From the NCBI GenBank assembly GCA_964057225.1, contig OZ059897.1, positions 9,300,001 to 9,364,000 on the forward strand: a stretch of 64,000 bases of DNA, given 5' to 3'. Shown one piece after another: positions 46,501 through 58,200 of the stretch. The notes beneath the pieces are model-generated. The model worked only from the letters and a program-made list of their open reading frames with translations, was not told where the DNA came from and ran no database searches. Position 1 is the stretch's first letter. Each line of letters begins with the position of its first letter. This stretch comes from Auanema rhodensis (lineage: Eukaryota > Animalia > Nematoda). The position numbers were made by a program, and so were the translations under genes.

Positions 46501-49500
46501 TTAAGTTTTACCTTTTATTTGAAATTATAACGTTTATTTTGAAAATTCATTTCTAACCTCTTTCTGATCAGATAGAATTCTGTAGATGTAACATTGTTTC
46601 AGTTCTTAGAACTCTGTTTAAGTGTTTTCAAACTTTGTATAGATAACAAGAAAAATAAAATGATAGAGATAGAACACTTCTAAGATCTTGATCTAAGGTT
46701 TTTCTGACGGACTGATCCATTAGAACCAAAGATTACAAGAATTATTCTGATTTCACCTGCATAAAGATCCAGTAGAAAATTACCTTTTGCTCTGAACATC
46801 TAAATGATTCAATACAATATTAGAAATCACAGCCCGGTTAGCTCAGTCGGTAGAGCACCAGACTCTTAATCTGGCTGTCGCGGGTTCGAGCCCCGCATCG
46901 GGCTTTAAGTTTTACCTTTTATTTGAAATTATAACGTTTATTTTGAAAATTCATTTCTAACCTCTTTCTGATCAGATAGAATTCTGTAGATGTAACATTG
47001 TTTCAGTTCTTAGAACTCTGTTTAAGTGTTTTCAAACTTTGTATAGATAACAAGAAAAATAAAATGATAGAGATAGAACACTTCTAAGATCTTGATCTAA
47101 GGTTTTTCTGACGGACTGAGCCATTAGAACCAAAGATTACAAGAATTATTCTGATTTCACCTGCATAAATATCCAGTAGAAAATTACGTTATGCTCCGAG
47201 CATCTAAATGATTCAATACAATATTAGAAATCACAGCCCGGTTAGCTCAGTCGGTAGAGCACCAGACTCTTAATCTGGCTGTCGCGGGTTCGAGCCCCGC
47301 ATCGGGCTTTAAGTTTTACCTTTTATTTGAAATTATAACGTTTATTTTGAAAATTCATTTCTAACCTCTTTCTGATCAGATAGAATTCTGTAGATGTAAC
47401 ATTGTTTCAGTTCTTAGAACTCTGTTTAAGTGTTTTCAAACTTTGTATAGATAACAAGAAAAATAAAATGATAGAGATAGAACACTTCTAAGATCTTGAT
47501 CTAAGGTTTTTCTGACGGACTGATCCATTAGAACCAAAGATTACAAGAATTATTCTGATTTCACCTGCATAAAGATCCAGTAGAAAATTACGTTATGCTC
47601 CGAGCATCTAAATGATTCAATACAATATTAGAAATCACAGCCCGGTTAGCTCAGTCGGTAGAGCACCAGACTCTTAATCTGGCTGTCGCGGGTTCGAGCC
47701 CCGCATCGGGCTTCAAGTTTTACCTTTTATTTGAAATTTGAAAGTTTATTTTGAAAATTCATTTCTATCCTCTTTCTGATCAGATAGAATTCTGTAGATG
47801 TAACATTGTTTCAGTTCTTAGAACTCTGTTTAAGTGTTTTCAAACTTTGTATAGATAACAAGAAAAATAAAATGATAGAGATAGAACACTTCTAAGATCT
47901 TGATCTAAGGTTTTTCTGACGGACTGAGCCATTAGAACCAAAGATTACAAGAATTATTCTGATTTCACCTGCATAAAGATCCAGTAGAAAATTACCTTTG
48001 CTCCGAGCATCTAAATGCTTCAATACAATATTAGAAATCACAGCCCGGTTAGCTCAGTCGGTAGAGCACCAGACTCTTAATCTGGCTGTCGCGGGTTCGA
48101 GCCCCGCATCGGGCTTGAAGTTTTACCTTTTATTTGAAATTTGAAAGTTTATTTTGAAAATTCATTTCTAACCTCTTTCTGATCAGATAGAATTCTGTAG
48201 ATGTAACATTGTTTCAGTTCTTAGAACTCTGTTTAAGTGTTTTCAAACTTTGTATAGATAACAAGAAAAATAAAATGATAGAGATAGAACACTTCTAAGA
48301 TCTTGATCTAAGGTTTTTCTGACGGACTGAGCCATTAGAACCAAAGATTACAAGAATTATTCTGATTTCACCTGCATAAAGATCCAGTAGAAAATTACCT
48401 TTGCTCCGAGCATCTAAATGCTTCAATACAATATTAGAAATCACAGCCCGGTTAGCTCAGTCGGTAGAGCACCAGACTCTTAATCTGGCTGTCGCGGGTT
48501 CGAGCCCCGCATCGGGCTTCAAGTTTTACCTTTTATTTGAAATTTGAAAGTTTATTTTGAAAATTCATTTCTAACCTCTTTCTGATCAGATAGAATTCTG
48601 TAGATGTAACATTGTTTCAGTTCTTAGAACTCTGTTTAAGTGTTTTCAAACTTTGTATAGATAACAAGAAAAATAAAATGATAGAGATAGAACACTTCTA
48701 AGATCTTGATCTAAAATTTTTCTGACGGACGGAGCCATTAGAACCAAAGATTACAAGAATTATTCTGATTTCACCTGCATAAAGATCCAGTAGAAAATTA
48801 CGTTATGCTCTGAACATCTAAATGATTCAATACAATATTAGAAATCACAGCCCGGTTAGCTCAGTCGGTAGAGCACCAGACTCTTAATCTGGCTGTCGCG
48901 GGTTCGAGCCCCGCATCGGGCTTCAAGTTTTACCTTTTATTTGAAATTTGAAAGTTTATTTTGAAAATTCATTTCTAACCTCTTTCTGATCAGATAGAAT
49001 TCTGTAGATGTAACATTGTTTCAGTTCTTAGAACTCTGTTTAAGTGTTTTCAAACTTTGTATAGATAACAAGAAAAATAAAATGATAGAGATAGAACACT
49101 TCTAAGATCTTGATCTAAGGTTTTTCTGACGGACTGAGCCATTAGAACCAAAGATTACAAGAATTATTCTGATTTCACCTGCATAAAGATCCAGTAGAAA
49201 ATTACGTTATGCTCTGAACATCTAAATGATTCAATACAATATTAGAAATCACAGCCCGGTTAGCTCAGTCGGTAGAGCACCAGACTCTTAATCTGGCTGT
49301 CGCGGGTTCGAGCCCCGCATCGGGCTTCAAGTTTTACCTTTTATTTGAAATTTGAAAGTTTATTTTGAAAATTCATTTCTAACCTCTTTCTGATCAGATA
49401 GAATTCTGTAGATGTAACATTGTTTCAGTTCTTAGAACTCTGTTTAAGTGTTTTCAAACTTTGTATAGATAACAAGAAAAATAAAATGATAGAGATAGAA

Positions 49501-50465
49501 CACTTCTAAGATCTTGATCTAAAATTTTTCTGACGGACGGAGCCATTAGAACCAAAGATTACAAGAATTATTCTGATTTCACCTGCATAAAGATCCAGTA
49601 GAAAATTACGTTATGCTCTGAACATCTAAATGATTCAATACAATATTAGAAATCACAGCCCGGTTAGCTCAGTCGGTAGAGCACCAGACTCTTAATCTGG
49701 CTGTCGCGGGTTCGAGCCCCGCATCGGGCTTCAAGTTTTACCTTTTATTTGAAATTTGAAAGTTTATTTTGAAAATTCATTTCTAACCTCTTTCTGATCA
49801 GATAGAATTCTGTAGATGTAACATTGTTTCAGTTCTTAGAACTCTGTTTAAGTGTTTTCAAACTTTGTATAGATAACAAGAAAAATAAAATGATAGAGAT
49901 AGAACACTTCTAAGATCTTGATCTAAGGTTTTTCTGACGGACTGAGCCATTAGAACCAAAGATTACAAGAATTATTCTGATTTCACCTGCATAAAGATCC
50001 AGTAGAAAATTACGTTATGCTCTGAACATCTAAATGATTCAATACAATATTAGAAATCACAGCCCGGTTAGCTCAGTCGGTAGAGCACCAGACTCTTAAT
50101 CTGGCTGTCGCGGGTTCGAGCCCCGCATCGGGCTTCAAGTTTTACCTTTTATTTGAAATTTGAAAGTTTATTTTGAAAATTCATTTCTAACCTCTTTCTG
50201 ATCAGATAGAATTCTGTAGATGTAACATTGTTTCAGTTCTTAGAACTCTGTTTAAGTGTTTTCAAACTTTGTATAGATAACAAGAAAAATAAAATGATAG
50301 AGATAGAACACTTCTAAGATCTTGATCTAAAATTTTTCTGACGGACGGAGCCATTAGAACCAAAGATTACAAGAATTATTCTGATTTCATCTGCATAAAG
50401 ATCCAGTAGAAAATTACGTTATGCTCTGAACATCTAAATGATTCAATACAATATTAGAAATCACA

Positions 50466-50537
50466 GCCCGGTTAGCTCAGTCGGTAGAGCACAGACTCTT
50501 AATCTGGCTGTCGCGGGTTCGAGCCCCGCATCGGGCT
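50466..50537 (+). pseudogene. tRNA-Lys copy with a 1-nt deletion in the anticodon stem
   Basis: gagcacagactc, as in the copy at 45217. Confidence 0.55.
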
Positions 50538-51203
50538 TCAAGTTTTACCTTTTATTTGAAATTTGAAAGTTTATTTTGAAAATTCATTTCTAACCTCTTT
50601 CTGATCAGATAGAATTCTGTAGATGTAACATTGTTTCAGTTCTTAGAACTCTGTTTAAGTGTTTTCAAACTTTGTATAGATAACAAGAAAAATAAAATGA
50701 TAGAGATAGAACACTTCTAAGATCTTGATCTAAAATTTTTCTGACGGACGGAGCCATTAGAACCAAAGATTACAAGAATTATTCTGATTTCACCTGCATA
50801 AAGATTCAGTAGAAAATTACATTATGCTCTGAACATCTAAATGATTCAATACAATATTAGAAATCACAGCCCGGTTAGCTCAGTCGGTAGAGCACCAGAC
50901 TCTTAATCTGGCTGTCGCGGGTTCGAGCCCCGCATCGGGCTTTAAGTTTTACCTTTTATTTGAAATTATAACGTTTATTTTGAAAATTCATTTCTAACCT
51001 CTTTCTGATCAGATAGAATTCTGTGGATGTAACATTGCTTCTGCCCTTTGAACTTTGTTTAAGTGTTTTCAAACTTTGTATAGATAACAAGAAAAATAAA
51101 ATGATAGAGATAGAACACTTCTAAGATCTTGATCTAAGGTTTTTCTGACGGACTGATCCATTAGAACCAAAGATTACAAGAATTATTCTGATTTCACCTG
51201 CAT

Positions 51204-51540
51204 CGTTCCGTTATGCTCTCACATCGATCCTATAGACCAATAAAGCCTACAAGATGAGTGTGATAGTATTCCAGATGTAGCGGTAGATAAAGAGCATAAT
51301 GGATAAACATAAGACTCGAGAAAGAAAGGTTTATTATGTCTACATGATTACAATACGTTATATAAGTCTACATAAAGATATAAAGTGAAAGAGAGCTAAG
51401 AAAGGAAGACCAACCATCCATAGTCATTCCATAAGGCAAAGCTGAAGTCTGTGTTCCATATGAAGGGCGTGTCGTCCTCTCTCAGCCTCATGTCGTCTGA
51501 TTCTAACCCGCCTGCTACGCATTGATTTCCGAATGGAACG
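51204..51540 (-). repeat. Element 2 3' LTR (337 bp)
   Basis: Termini CGTTCC...GGAACG; sense-strand AATAAA at 51330-51335; no differences from the 5' LTR seen by eye. Confidence 0.97.
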
Positions 51541-51552
51541 TGCCATTTTTTC
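51541..51552 (-). promoter_or_regulatory. Element 2 polypurine tract (imperfect)
   Basis: Sense GAAAAAATGG-CA before the 3' LTR. Confidence 0.6.
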
Positions 51553-52236
51553 GAGTTTATGTCGCGTCCTCGCGAATAGCAAAATATGTGGCTTGTTCCA
51601 ATCGTAGCAGAAGGTTTAGTTTTAAAAAATAAAAATTACAATGTTAACATAAAAATAGTAAAGATAAATTACAATATAATGTTAAACAATATTATCTGAA
51701 AAGAATTTAATAAAAATTATTTGAAAATACATGAATATTAAGGAATAAAACAATCTTTTAGAATACCAGGGCTATATTTTGTCAGCGAGAGTGCGCAAAA
51801 TAGCTTTTTAGGCACGACGCTGCATGTCTAACTTGTTTGAGTATAGAGAAACGAGAGTCATGCTATATTATCGATGGAGCTAGCATGTTTCCTCAGCGTA
51901 TTCAAAGCGAATTGTAATAATAAAAAAAATTAAATTAAATCCCATATAATTTCCGGAATTGAATCATTAACTACTTGATAAGGACTGTTGCTCAGATGAA
52001 TATGCAATATAATGTCTCTTATCTTTCATTTCTTCTTTATTTACGGGAAATTATTTGAAATTGATGAAGTTTTATAATCATATATGCTTTGAAACTGAAA
52101 TGCTTTTTGATTATTAGCTTACATCTCGTCTTACTCAAGTTTTTCAATGATATAATAATATGAATAGCTCTGGTTTTTTAAAAGAGAGTTGATACAAGGT
52201 TTTACAATAATTTTATCAATCTCGAAGTTATTTCTT

Positions 52237-55200
52237 TCATCGTCTTCTTCTTGGTGGTAGCCAATTTTGGTCCGATGGGTCTTCTGGTTCTGTTTCTTCA
52301 GTAGAGTCATAGTTATCGTTACCATTTATGACTTTTATGATCTCAATATCGCTGTCGTCGTCCGTGTCATAAGTCGTTGTATTTGATCGCGTGTTTTGAG
52401 CGATTGTATGCTCCATTTTGCGTTCAAAAAGTTTGAGATTGTCTTTGTGTACGTCTTGAATTTTTCCAAATGGATTCTTGAGTTGTACCATGTTTCCTTC
52501 AACGTTGATGACTTCAAATGGTCCATCATATGATTTGCGAAGCTTTTGACCTGGTTTATGCGCTTTAATTGCTAACATAACTTGGTCTCCTTTTCGGATA
52601 TCTCTTTCTTCTATTCGTTGTCGTCCATCATGTTTTCTCTTCGCGGTTTCTTGATGTTTTGCAAGATTTTCTTGAATGATGGTTCTTCTTTCTCCTCTGA
52701 TATATTCGGTATTCTCAATTTCTTCCAAGATCTCTGGTTGTAATGTCTCGGGGAATAATTCTTTGTCTAATCTCATACGACTTTCTTTTCCGAATAATGC
52801 TATGTATGGAGAGATTCCTGTGGTTGCGTGTGTTATTGTATTTAACGCAAAAGTAATTTTTGGTAAATACATGTCCCAATCAGTTACGTCTTCGTTGAGA
52901 TAGTGTGTTAATCCTTCTTCTAGCGTTCTGTGTAGTCTTTCGACTTGTCCATTAGAGTTTTTCTGATGAGGGAGTGTTGGCTCGTGTTTAATGCCAAGTT
53001 TTTCACACATTTCTTCAAATTTCTTTGATACAAAATTAGATCCACGATCGGTTATTAAACGATTTGGTGGTCCAAAAATATATACGAAATTCCTGAGGAA
53101 TCTATCAATGATGACATCGGTGACAATTGTTGGTATAGCGATGGTTGTCGCCCATTTGGAGAATGAATCTTGTATTGTTAGGACATAATTGTTGTTTCTT
53201 TTTGAAGTAGGGAATGGTCCCATAATATCCATATGTATTCTCTCAAATGGTTTTGATGGTATTTCAAATTGACCCATAGGCTGAACGGTCATAGCGTGAG
53301 GATCTTTCTTCCTTTGTGCGCATTTAACGCATTGTTTCACAAAAATTGCTATGTCCGTTTGCATATTTGTCCAGCAAAATCTTCGTAGTATGGCTTCTTT
53401 AGTTTTGTTAATTCCTTGATGTGCTCCAATTGCTGGGTCTTCGTGAAATTCTTCGATAACCTTGTTGATAAGTTCGCTTTCCCTTGGTAAAATCAAAGCT
53501 GGGTGTGGTCGTTTTCTGCTTGGTTTTGTGTATAACATGTTGTCAATAACACAATAACGATCATTAGAAAGCATGTTCTTTTTCGCTCTGTATTCTATTT
53601 CGGCGATAGTTCTCTTTATCCAAGGTGTATCCTCTTGAATTGCTCTAATGTCAGGTACATTAACGAAATTAATTTGAGCTTTCGGAATTTCTTTTGTTTT
53701 CTTTTTCTTTTCCGGTTTAGGATCGTTTGCTTCATCTCCAATGTATCGTGAGAGAGCATCACAGACTTTGTTTAGTCTGCCTTCTCGGTATCTTATCTCG
53801 ATATCGTATTCCTGTATGACTAATTGAAATTTTGCTAGTCTTCCAAAAAGGTCTCTACGAGTCAATAAGCTTGTTAATGGTCGATGGTCTGTGATACAGA
53901 TTGTATGTGATCCAAGTATATATGTTCGAAACTGAGCTAAAGCGTATACGAGTCCTAACGCTTCTATTTCAATAGGAGCATAGTTGCGTTCCGCTTTTAC
54001 AAGTTTACGGCTTGCAAATGCAATTGGATGTAAATTTTTGAGTGGTTCATTGGGATCTTCAGGTTGTAATAACACTGCTCCCACTGCGATATTACTACCG
54101 TCACTTTCTATAATGAACATACGGTCTGATCTTGGTGGTTTTAAGACCGGTGCTTGGATCAATTTTCTTTTTAGTGTATCAACAGCTTGTTGACTTTTGT
54201 CATTCCATTGAAATTCCACATCAAGTTTTGTAAGGTCGTATAAAGGGCTTGCGATGTGTGCAAAATCCTTAATAAATTTCCGAAAGAATCCTACCATTCC
54301 CAAAAATGCTCTTACTCCTGTAGGTGACTTTGGAGCAGGATAGTCTTGAATGGCGGAGACTTTCTGTGGATCTGGTTTGACCCCATCTCTTCCGACAATT
54401 AAACCAAGAAATTTTACTTCAGGTCTTGCAAAAACGCATTTCTTGAGTTTTATTTTCATGCCTAATTTCTTTACTTCTCTGAGAATCTCAGCTATATCGT
54501 CAAGATGTTGTTCTGCAGTGTCTGATATAACGAGTAGATCATCCAAATAAACAAAGAGTCGGCATTTACATCGGCTTTGAAGGTATCGTACTGCTGTTTG
54601 AAAGGTATGTGGCGCTCCACATAACCCCATAGGCATCCTTCTATATTGATAAGTACCGGTGTTTGTTGTAAATGCTGTTAATGGTCGATCTGATTCCTTT
54701 AATGCTATTTGGAAGAATCCGGATACTAAATCAAAGTTAGAAAAATATTGTGATCCGGCTGCCATATCGACAATGTCAGAGATGTTAGGTATGATGTACG
54801 TTTGCTTGCGAGTGACGTTATTTAGAGCACGGAAATCGGTTACGAAACGGAATGTTTCATCTTTCTTTTTGACTAAAACTACAGGACTATTGAAAAGAGA
54901 TGTGGATGGTTCAATTATATTTTGCTTCAGCATCTCCTGTACCTGTCTTTCGACTTCTTCTTGTTTGCCTATAGGGATACGCGTTATACGCGGTCTAGGC
55001 ATGTCCATATCTGTTCTTAGAGGTATTGAATGCTCTACAGGTCCTTTAAATAGTCCTATTTGTTTATCCTCATTTAAAAATGCATCTCTATTACGGAGAA
55101 TACAAAGCTGAAGAAGATCTTTTTGTTCTTTAGTTAGGTCGGCGTCTTTTAAATCAAGATCGTTCATAAAGTCCTGAGGAAAATGAGGTAATTTATTTTC

Positions 55201-58200
55201 CCAATCTGCTTCTGGTGGTATATAGTCTGGATTGTGTTCGGTCGTAAAGATCTCGTATTGTGGCAGTACGCCTATTTTTGCTTTGTCAATAATGTTTCCG
55301 GGTGATAGATCTATAGGATGATCAGTGTTGTTTTTGAATGGCATGGTAATTGAATTGACGTCTCGAAATGCTGTTTCGTAGGTGGTAGATATCGTCTTTT
55401 CTTCATCGGGTTGTAGCACGGCGACTTCGTTGTGTGATATGGGTTCAGCTAACCTTACTGGTATTCTACAGGTCTGATGAGGAAAGATACATTGTGGATT
55501 TAAATTTATCAAATTAATGGCAAATGATGTTTTTCTGATATTCCCGTTATTTCCATTGGCTAACGGTACTACGCGGTTTCCGATTTCTAACGTTTGTTTG
55601 AATGGTCGAAGTTTCATACCGATATTTTGACGATCGAGTGTTTTCATAAAATCTAATCCACTTAATGCTGGTGATGGACAGTCTTCATCTCTTGAAATGA
55701 AGAATGTATGATCTATTTCATATCCAGCGATTTCTACGGTTAAATCAATTGTTCCCAGAAATCGAAATTCTGATCCGTTTGCTGTCGTTGCAACTGATTT
55801 ATCCTTTTTTACAAAATCATTCAAAGTTAAGTAATGTAATGTCGAGAGTCTGATATAACTAATCGATGATCCTGAATCCCAAAGAGTTAGGATTAGTCTA
55901 TCGTTAACAGTCATCAATAACAATGGTAGAGTTTGGTCTTTGCGATTGGAAACTGAACAAACTATGGGCATAGCTAGTGGAACTAAAGTGAGAAACGATG
56001 GATAGTACTGTTTCATTATGTTCCTTGGTATTGGCTGATCAGGTTGACTTACTAGCTCTAATGTTTCTTCGTATGTGGGAAGATCGTTGGTTTGATCTCG
56101 GAGTTCGATATGCATAACTTGCATGCCTATTGGTTTGAAAAAATATATTTTCGCAACGAAGGCTAGTACGATCAGTATAACTACAATAATTGTAATTGCT
56201 CCAATAGTGATGAGTGTTCGTTCAATCGTTCCTGCTATTGTATCGACAAATGAATTCCATGTACTTTTGGTGAATTCATTGGCTTTGGAGATGTAATCAC
56301 TACTTTTCTTCAATATGCTGAATGCTGATGATATTTTTGGATCATGATGAATTGTGTGAAGCACGTGATTTTGACGAATCGATGCTAAACTAGCACCATA
56401 AGCAATGGCTGTTGTCATTGAGTACACTCGAGATGATAAGTTGGTGTATAAGTGTGCTCCTGTGAATTTTAATGGCGTGATCTTTTCATGATGAAGTCCG
56501 TCCCACATGGATATAAGACTGACGTCTACAGTACCATTAATTCCTTTCCATTCACCGTCTGTTGACCATACGTCTGTTGGTACGTGATCACAGTTAATTT
56601 CTTTACCATGAGGTAATAGGTCTTTCGATCCTGGTGCGGCAAACAGTAATTGTCCTTCTTGTGTTAATACTGGGGTTTCGAGATAACATGTGCCATTCAC
56701 AGTGTGATTGTGATATATAGTCTTTTGTAATACTACCGGGCAAACATGTATATGTAATATCTCGCTGCCTACAAATCTTGCGGCTATATCTTCTCTTCCC
56801 AGTATTGTACGCATAGCTATTGTTGGTTCGATTTGTAAAATTGATCTCCATAATTCAAGATACCTATTTTGGATCTCACATATTGATTCGTATGACTCTT
56901 TAAAATGTTTCTGCAGTTCTTCTTGAATCATAGTTGTAGCATATTGCAAATGATCTTGTGCAATTCTGCTTGTTATGTTTTGGCGAAACTGTTGTTCAGA
57001 GTCAACTTTTGTGGCAATGTATTGAGCATTAGCCTGTACAGACTCTATATCGGTGGCTGTAGGCGTTGATGATGCTCTATGTTTACGAATCAAAGATATT
57101 GGTGTATATGTTGTTTCTTCCATTATTGGAATTTGTTGATCTTGATGAACAGCGTAGAGAATAGTAGTTGGCGGCGTGCGGGTCGATATTGTTGCGCGCG
57201 CGGTTGTCGTTGCGGTTGTATGGCGCGCCGTTGTTTCGGGCTGGGCCATCAATGAAGGCGCGCGCGCGGTAGTTGCTGCGGCTGCCCGAGGGCTTGTAGA
57301 TGTTTGCGGCAGTATTGCGGGATCTGTTGTGATCAGCGCCTCACGATCGATTATAGGGAGGGCTGCCATCTCGGCCGCGCCGCCTGCCGCGTTGCTTGGC
57401 GCACGCGTCGTGGTTTGCAACGATTTAAGATGGATTTTCTCTGTCATTAATCTTTTTAACTGTTCTGATGATATTCTACTAGATGTATTAGGCAAAATAT
57501 TATCGTTTAGTAGTGGTAAAAATATTTCCAATAATAAGTCCTTAGAGATGTTGTTGGGCTCTATGAGCTTGGGATGTGGTCCAATTGGTATTCCAAAATT
57601 ATTCTTGATGTCATAGAACAATTTATCAGTATCAAGTACAAACATTCGTGAAGATGGAAGGTTTATAAATTTTATGTCATCAATATCAGCTGCTGTTTTA
57701 TTTCTTCTAAGCGTAACGAGAGTTTTTAGCTCATGTACAAGGTCAATTGTATCTTTTATAAATTTGCTGTTTCTTTCTTCTTGATCAGTTAATAATTGTT
57801 TCCTTATTGGTGGCATTTTTACGAATGCTTTTAATATTTCTTGTCTTGATGGAACTGTTAATTTGTCTTCAATTATAACTGGTGTATTGGCTAAATCAAG
57901 AGCAATAGTTTCAGCACGCTCTCGATAAGTGCCTTCTTTTGTACGAATTAACCGATCAAATTCAATAACGGTCAAACGATCTGATATTTGTTGAAGAAGT
58001 TGCCTGGATGTTAAATAAGATATTCCAGCTTTTGTAGCTAAAGCTAATTCTCTTTGAGCAACATATTGTAAAATGGCTTCGTCTTTATCACGGAAATCAT
58101 ATTGCTTGAGAAAATGTCTTAAAGATTTCTCATAAATTTGAATTTTAAAGAAAAATTCAAAATTTTCACGATGGGCTATTATCCATTCTTTCAAGGAATA

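Larger units (their letters stand above)
43636..50941 (+). tRNA. tRNA-Lys(CUU) x19 (array segment 2)
   Basis: Same 73-nt gene. Starts: 43636, 44006, 44410, 44813, 45217, 45620, 46024, 46428, 46832, 47236, 47640, 48043, 48446, 48850, 49254, 49658, 50062, 50466, 50869. Confidence 0.97.

Noticed and set aside
51209-51219. 11-bp identity (cgttatgctct) between the LTR2 end and an array spacer variant
   Set aside because: The unit actually hit carries the other spacer variant, and a clean TSD shows integrase-mediated rather than homology-driven insertion; likely chance.
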